Virus record (IMG/VR): IMGVR_UViG_3300042860_003264
Location: 1 to 28,851 of that record
Length of the DNA: 28,851 nucleotides
Reading direction: 5' to 3' (one strand)
Origin: a virus
Lineage: Duplodnaviria > Caudoviricetes
Below, piece by piece: positions 24,313-28,851 of the stretch (the stretch's first letter is position 1; the number at the start of each line of letters is the position of its first letter). Below the pieces are notes generated by a model. It did no database searches. It was given only the letters and a program-made list of their open reading frames with translations, and was not told the DNA's origin. The translations under genes were made by a program, and so were the position numbers.

Positions 24313-24625
24313 AATTTTGCGTGAGGCGTTGCAACAGTGTCTCAGCCACATCGAAGCGAGCGAACACATCCACGGGAGGAAGTTCGGCGCGGGCAATGTC
24401 GCGAGAAAAGCGTTGCGATTGACAAGGCAAGCCAAACTGAGCAAGACGGCAGAATTTGCCATGCTGCTGAGCCTGCCCGAAATCGTTCGGTACATGGACA
24501 CTATTGGGCTTGCAGCGTATGCCGAGCATTTTACCTTCGAGGAGATCCGAAAACACGCTCAGGCGCACAAGCTGGACCCCGATAACGTCAATGCCTTGAT
24601 CGGCAACCTGGAAATGGGGCCATGA
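24299..24625 (+). CDS. Hypothetical protein
   Basis: GGAG RBS. Confidence 0.55.
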   Translation: MSKVRILREALQQCLSHIEASEHIHGRKFGAGNVARKALRLTRQAKLSKTAEFAMLLSLPEIVRYMDTIGLAAYAEHFTFEEIRKHAQAHKLDPDNVNALIGNLEMGP

Positions 24626-24644
24626 CAAAAATTTGCCCCGGTGA

Positions 24645-24673
24645 TTGTCAAGCCCCTTGACTGGGGATAAGAT
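24645..24673 (+). promoter_or_regulatory. Sigma70-like promoter with overlapping palindrome
   Basis: TTGTCA-17bp-TAAGAT; GTCAAG-CCC-CTTGAC inverted repeat at 24647-24661. Confidence 0.65.
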
Positions 24674-24695
24674 GTTAGCAAAGGAGATTTCAACG

Positions 24696-24890
24696 ATGAG
24701 CGGATTTTTTGCATCAGATCGCAACAAAGCCTTTGTTGGAGGGCTAGTTGCGTTGGTCGTTTCGGTCTATTTGAAGGATCGATTGCCATTCGACGAGACT
24801 CAACTGAAATGGCTGACCGACAACGCTACGATCTTGATTACCGGCTGGCTTGTCAGTCGCGGCATTCGCAAGCCTGAGGTGGCAAAGTGA
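24696..24890 (+). CDS. Holin-like small two-TM protein
   Basis: 64 aa, two hydrophobic helices, basic C-terminus, first gene after the promoter; AAGGAG RBS. Confidence 0.5.
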   Translation: MSGFFASDRNKAFVGGLVALVVSVYLKDRLPFDETQLKWLTDNATILITGWLVSRGIRKPEVAK

Positions 24891-25207
24891 TTGCATTCCC
24901 AAGACTCCAGGAGCTAGCCCGCAAGCACAACGCGGATTTTGCCCAGGCCTACGCCGATGCAGACGGCAACACTCGCAAGGCTCGAAGGGCTCTTCGCTCG
25001 AAGCTTGTCGGTCTTTACGGTCTCGACCCGGCAACAATCGCGATGATTTTCGCGCTGATTCAACTGGCCTTCAAGGTCTGGAAATGGGCCAAAGACAACG
25101 GCTATCTTTCGGCTTACGATGCGTCCGATGCTCCGATGGGGTACATTCTTCAGACGGCTTGGGATGCGGGTGAATTTGACGGTGACGACGAAAGCGACGA
25201 CGAATAA
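24887..25207 (+). CDS. Hypothetical membrane-associated protein
   Basis: GLDPATIAMIFALIQLAFKVW hydrophobic segment, acidic tail. Confidence 0.55.
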   Translation: MIAFPRLQELARKHNADFAQAYADADGNTRKARRALRSKLVGLYGLDPATIAMIFALIQLAFKVWKWAKDNGYLSAYDASDAPMGYILQTAWDAGEFDGDDESDDE

Positions 25208-25278
25208 CCCCTAGCCAACCCGAACTTTTCCGATGTATAGGGCTCGGTGAGTTGGCAGGGGGCAAACTGGAGAGACGG

Positions 25279-25656
25279 ATGGCGAAGCAAAAAGACAACT
25301 GGATTCCTTGGCTAATCATTGGGGGCTTGGTCCTCTACGTGATGAACCAGCAACCAAAGGGAGGGGGTGATTCATCTAAGCCGGCCGGAGTAACTGCCGT
25401 GGTCCGGTCGACGATTCCATCAATTAGGGCGGCTTACAAGCAAGCCTTTCTCGATGCAGCGGCGAAGATCGAAACGGGCGAAATCAAAGACCAAGAGCAA
25501 TGGACCAAGTTCATCTCGGACAATGCAGGCGGGAAGAATCGCGAAGCCCTCGACCGAGTGTACACGGCGATCGATGAACTAAAATTGCCCGTGACGTTTG
25601 CGGGGCGTGAAGCGGAAATAGCACGAATCAACAGAGAAATTTCGAGGGCTTGGTAA
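25279..25656 (+). CDS. N-terminally anchored periplasmic protein
   Basis: WIPWLIIGGLVLYVM TM followed by a helical domain; ATG 25279 after GGAG. Confidence 0.6.
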   Translation: MAKQKDNWIPWLIIGGLVLYVMNQQPKGGGDSSKPAGVTAVVRSTIPSIRAAYKQAFLDAAAKIETGEIKDQEQWTKFISDNAGGKNREALDRVYTAIDELKLPVTFAGREAEIARINREISRAW

Positions 25657-25898
25657 TGACTGAAATCGGATTGTTCACTTGGTATTTGGTTCAGCTTGTC
25701 CTATGGGCAGGGCCTTTTGGCGTTGGGGCATTCTTGGCGGGGTGCTTCTTCTCGGGCTATTTCTTAGGCCTCAAGGTGTCGAGGCTCAAGCGATCCAATC
25801 CGATGGGGGCCCAAAAGCTCGATCATATCAAATACGATATACTGCCCGATGGCACGCTGGGCCCTGGCGATCCGAGAGGGCTGGAGGATCCAGAATGA
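25656..25898 (+). CDS. Small membrane protein
   Basis: Hydrophobic N-terminal half; TAATG coupling. Confidence 0.55.
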   Translation: MTEIGLFTWYLVQLVLWAGPFGVGAFLAGCFFSGYFLGLKVSRLKRSNPMGAQKLDHIKYDILPDGTLGPGDPRGLEDPE

Positions 25899-26053
25899 AG
25901 CGGGCAAGGCGGTATGGGGCTCGGGCGGTTTTGTTTGCGTTGCTTGTCGCAGCGTCTCCGTTTGCGATAACCAAAATCCTTGCTGATGCGCTCTTTGATT
26001 TTGTCGTCGTTCCGATGCTCGAAAGCCTGGAGGTGATCGCAGACGATGAGTGA
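25895..26053 (+). CDS. Small membrane protein
   Basis: MKRARRYGARAVLFALLVAASPF...; ATGA coupling. Confidence 0.5.
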   Translation: MKRARRYGARAVLFALLVAASPFAITKILADALFDFVVVPMLESLEVIADDE

Positions 26054-26873
26054 TTTTTTCTCCGGCTACGACCCCACAATCGAGAACCGCGACGAGATCC
26101 GAGCGACATCGACCGAGCTTGGGATTCGCGTCGGCGATTACGAGGCTCCGGAGGAAATTGACTTCCGGAAGCTAATCAGGCATGACGACCAAGGGCAAAT
26201 GAATTCTTGCGGGGCCTTTGGGAATACCAATTGCGGCGAGGGCCTTTGGGCTTTGTCTCACGGGGCTATCAGCGAGGAAAGGCAGTTTTCCCCTACGTTT
26301 ACCTACATCGAAACGCAGCGGAGAGACGGCAACGGGCTTTTCGGCGTGGATCGAGGATCGACGGTAAGCGGCGGATTGTGGGTTAGCGCAAACATCGGCT
26401 ACCTACCTTACAAGCACTTGCCATATTCGACTCCGTACCCGCGAAACGCCAAAACACTTATTACTGACGAAATGCGGACGCTTGCAAGCCCCTTTAAGAT
26501 TCGCTCGCATACTTGGCTTGATTCGTATGACGCAATCAAAAACTACTTTGCGTCTGGCGTAGGACTCGGCTTTGCTGGCACTCTATGGAACGGATCGTTC
26601 TATTCGCAAAACAAGGTACTTGAGTCGGTCAGTCTGCGCAGCGGCGGCGGCCATGCTTATTGCTTGGCGGGCTACTCCAAACGCAAAGACTCGCGCGGCC
26701 GGAACTACATCTGGCGGTTGAACAGTCACGCAAACGACTCTTGGACCGAAATTGCCCCATCGGTTATCGATCAGCTTTGCCGACACGAATACACCTCAAT
26801 CGTCGGCGTATCAGATTTGTCGACGCCGGGACCAAGGGCGGTATCTTGGATGAAGGATAGGCCGTTAGGATGA
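26046..26873 (+). CDS. Papain-like (C1 family) cysteine peptidase
   Basis: DQGQMNSC (oxyanion Gln + catalytic Cys), GGGHAYCLAGY (His), WRLNSH (Asn). Confidence 0.85.
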   Translation: MSDFFSGYDPTIENRDEIRATSTELGIRVGDYEAPEEIDFRKLIRHDDQGQMNSCGAFGNTNCGEGLWALSHGAISEERQFSPTFTYIETQRRDGNGLFGVDRGSTVSGGLWVSANIGYLPYKHLPYSTPYPRNAKTLITDEMRTLASPFKIRSHTWLDSYDAIKNYFASGVGLGFAGTLWNGSFYSQNKVLESVSLRSGGGHAYCLAGYSKRKDSRGRNYIWRLNSHANDSWTEIAPSVIDQLCRHEYTSIVGVSDLSTPGPRAVSWMKDRPLG

Positions 26874-27304
26874 ACGAAAAAGGAGGGCCGGTAATCATGG
26901 TCGTTTTGTTGCTTGGATTGTTTTGGTTTTGTAGCGAACCGGCTAAGGATCCTACGCAATGCGACTTGATGGACACTACGCCGTTGATCGAAGAAGTCGC
27001 AACTGTCAAGGAATCCTTTACAGTTGAGCCGATCGACCCGCAGCCAAGTCCAAGCGACAAGCACGAAGCAACCAAACGCGAGATCCTAGTCTTCCTGGCC
27101 CCTAAAGACCAAAAGTGCGAGCCTTGCGACCGATGGAAGCGGTGTGAAATGCAAAGATTTATGGATGCTAAGTGGGAGGTTGCCATTTTCGATGAGCCTC
27201 ACAGCTACGGGCGAACGCCGACCTTTGAAATAAAATCGGGCGACAAAAAAGCGACCCTGACAGGCTACACAACCTTGGAGCAAGCAGCGGAGGCGGTGCG
27301 ATGA
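26870..27304 (+). CDS. Membrane-anchored thioredoxin/glutaredoxin-fold protein
   Basis: N-terminal TM; ILVF...CEPC redox motif, TPTF cis-Pro motif, GY near the C-terminus. Confidence 0.7.
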   Translation: MNEKGGPVIMVVLLLGLFWFCSEPAKDPTQCDLMDTTPLIEEVATVKESFTVEPIDPQPSPSDKHEATKREILVFLAPKDQKCEPCDRWKRCEMQRFMDAKWEVAIFDEPHSYGRTPTFEIKSGDKKATLTGYTTLEQAAEAVR

Positions 27305-27561
27305 GTTGGCTTTTCTTGGCTCAAATGACATCGAACGACACAACCTTTATCGGTGTTGCCACTACCATCGTAGGGGCTTTAACCGGTGCTGTTGTCCATC
27401 TTTACTTCCAGAATTCAACCATCCGAAAAGACCTTACCGAAACGGTGGCAAAAGAGTTGGTCGAGTGCAAAGACGACAGAGACGAGCTGAGAAAGCTTTA
27501 CTGGCAATTGCAGAGCCAAGTTAATCACATCGGGCATACCGCAAGGGAGGAAAAGCGATGA
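27301..27561 (+). CDS. TM plus coiled-coil small protein (holin/spanin-like)
   Basis: Hydrophobic helix followed by the coiled coil ECKDDRDELR. Confidence 0.45.
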   Translation: MSWLFLAQMTSNDTTFIGVATTIVGALTGAVVHLYFQNSTIRKDLTETVAKELVECKDDRDELRKLYWQLQSQVNHIGHTAREEKR

Positions 27562-27998
27562 GCCAAGCACTGATCGACGAGCTTTCAAAAGCCGAATACG
27601 CTTCGATGAGCGACCAAGCGGCAGCGGATGCAATTAACGCGAAAACTGTAGCGGTACGCAAGCCTGTTGACCTCTGGATGGTGGTAGAGCATTCATCGAG
27701 GAACGGCTATCGAGCCAAGTTGGAGCTTGCGAGGACAAACGGCAACCATCCATGCCAGGAGACGGCAATTAACATTCTTGAATACATCAATTCGCCAAGG
27801 CTCCAGACGGTCGACATGGATTTACCCGCTACGCGCGGAATGGTGCAAGCCTTAGTCCAGTGTCAATTTGCTACGCAAGCAATGGCCGACGAACTGTTGG
27901 CTTTGGCAGATCAAACCGTTCGATGGGTCGATCATAACGGCATCGGCACGCTAGGCGTTGGATTAGTTCAAAACGCTCGAAAGATGATGGGGGCATAG
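27558..27998 (+). CDS. Hypothetical protein
   Basis: GGAGG RBS, ATGA coupling. Confidence 0.65.
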   Translation: MSQALIDELSKAEYASMSDQAAADAINAKTVAVRKPVDLWMVVEHSSRNGYRAKLELARTNGNHPCQETAINILEYINSPRLQTVDMDLPATRGMVQALVQCQFATQAMADELLALADQTVRWVDHNGIGTLGVGLVQNARKMMGA

Positions 27999-27999
27999 C

Positions 28000-28497
28000 A
28001 TGGCCGATATCCTTTTAGCTTACCCAGCAGCAACAGACGCAACGATCACGATTGCCAGTCTTGCAAGCGATACCAATCTACTCGCGGGGGCTGAGTCCAA
28101 TTCAATCAGCAATTTAACCAATAAATACCTCGATTACTTGATTAGTGGCAAGATTCGCACGGGAACAAGCCCAACGACGGCCAAATCGATCCAAGTTTGG
28201 GCCGTGGCATCATGGGACGGAACAAACTGGCCGGATGTTTTTGATGGGACGGCATCGGCTGAGACGATCACAAGTGCCAACCACAAAAACGCAATTTGCA
28301 GGCTCGTTGCTGAAATGGCTACAGATGCAACCAGCGATCGAGACTATCACTTTTCTGGCGTATCAATCCGCGATTTATTCGGCGGAACTTGCCCCCCTGC
28401 TTTCGTGCTTTTCGTGACCCACAATACAGCAGCCAACCTTAACTCGACGGCAGGGAATCACCAGATCCGAATTCAGGGCGTTTACGAAACGGTTTAA
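28000..28497 (+). CDS. Putative virion structural protein (beta-sandwich)
   Basis: 165 aa, Ala/Thr/Ser/Asn-rich; precedes the LamG gene. Confidence 0.5.
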   Translation: MADILLAYPAATDATITIASLASDTNLLAGAESNSISNLTNKYLDYLISGKIRTGTSPTTAKSIQVWAVASWDGTNWPDVFDGTASAETITSANHKNAICRLVAEMATDATSDRDYHFSGVSIRDLFGGTCPPAFVLFVTHNTAANLNSTAGNHQIRIQGVYETV

Positions 28498-28499
28498 GC

Positions 28500-28851
28500 A
28501 TGGCCCAAGTACGGCAGCAAAATATCGTCGGTAGATGGTGTCCCTCTGCGGGTGCTACGGGCTTTCGCTTGGTTGATCGCTCAGGACGGTCGAATCATGG
28601 CACGCTGACAAGCATGGACCCTGCTAGCGATTGGGTGGTATCAGGGGGAAAGGGTGCTTTGGATTTCGACGGGTCAAACGATCGCGTATCAGTCAATGCT
28701 TTGAGCCTCAGTACCCTCGATTTTGCCATATCGTTTTGGGCCCAGCAAAGAGGTGCTAGTGCGATCGGGATGCCCATCGGAAATACTGGCGCGACCAACA
28801 GCTACATTTGGTTTCGATCCGGGAATTACTTGCGTTTTCAAATTCCGGCGG
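28500..28851 (+). CDS. LamG/concanavalin A-like domain protein (3'-truncated)
   Basis: MAQVRQQNIVGRWCPS...LVDRSGRSNHGTL...GALDFDGSNDRV...FAISFW; open to the window end. Confidence 0.75.
   Translation, partial: MAQVRQQNIVGRWCPSAGATGFRLVDRSGRSNHGTLTSMDPASDWVVSGGKGALDFDGSNDRVSVNALSLSTLDFAISFWAQQRGASAIGMPIGNTGATNSYIWFRSGNYLRFQIPA

Noticed and set aside
901-28798. Numerous minus-strand ORFs (e.g. 2051-2548, 11804-12352, 22222-22827, 23881-24501)
   Set aside because: Antisense shadows of a tightly coupled plus-strand gene chain, with no recognisable motifs

Overview
The window is a 28.9-kb segment of a tailed dsDNA bacteriophage or prophage, with essentially all genes on the + strand. The host is inferred to be a Planctomycetes/PVC-type bacterium; this is not shown directly. 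In order it contains: (1) a non-contractile tail module (1-5687) with a gpZ-like completion protein, tail tube, a G/GT chaperone pair with an A9 -1 frameshift, a short tape measure and tail-tip proteins; (2) a 477-aa protein with about 43 Cys, immediately followed by an Erv1/ALR-like FAD sulfhydryl oxidase, then a metallophosphoesterase and an HExxH mini-protein (5688-8785); (3) an early region opened by two duplicated promoter cassettes, with many small ORFs, a RecE-like exonuclease and its partner, tRNA-like structured elements, an SNase nuclease and a beta-class DNA methyltransferase (8845-21047); (4) a replication block with an iteron-bearing initiator, a loader-like protein and RusA (21080-24625); (5) a late/lysis-like block with a holin-like protein, other membrane proteins, a papain-like protease, a membrane-anchored thioredoxin-like CxxC protein and a truncated LamG protein (24645-end). 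The best candidate novel system is a phage-encoded oxidative folding (disulfide formation) pathway. It would consist of the Erv-type oxidase next to a Cys-rich tail-tip protein plus a thioredoxin-fold protein, analogous to the poxvirus/NCLDV E10-A2.5-G4 pathway. All calls come from motif reading only; no database searches were run.
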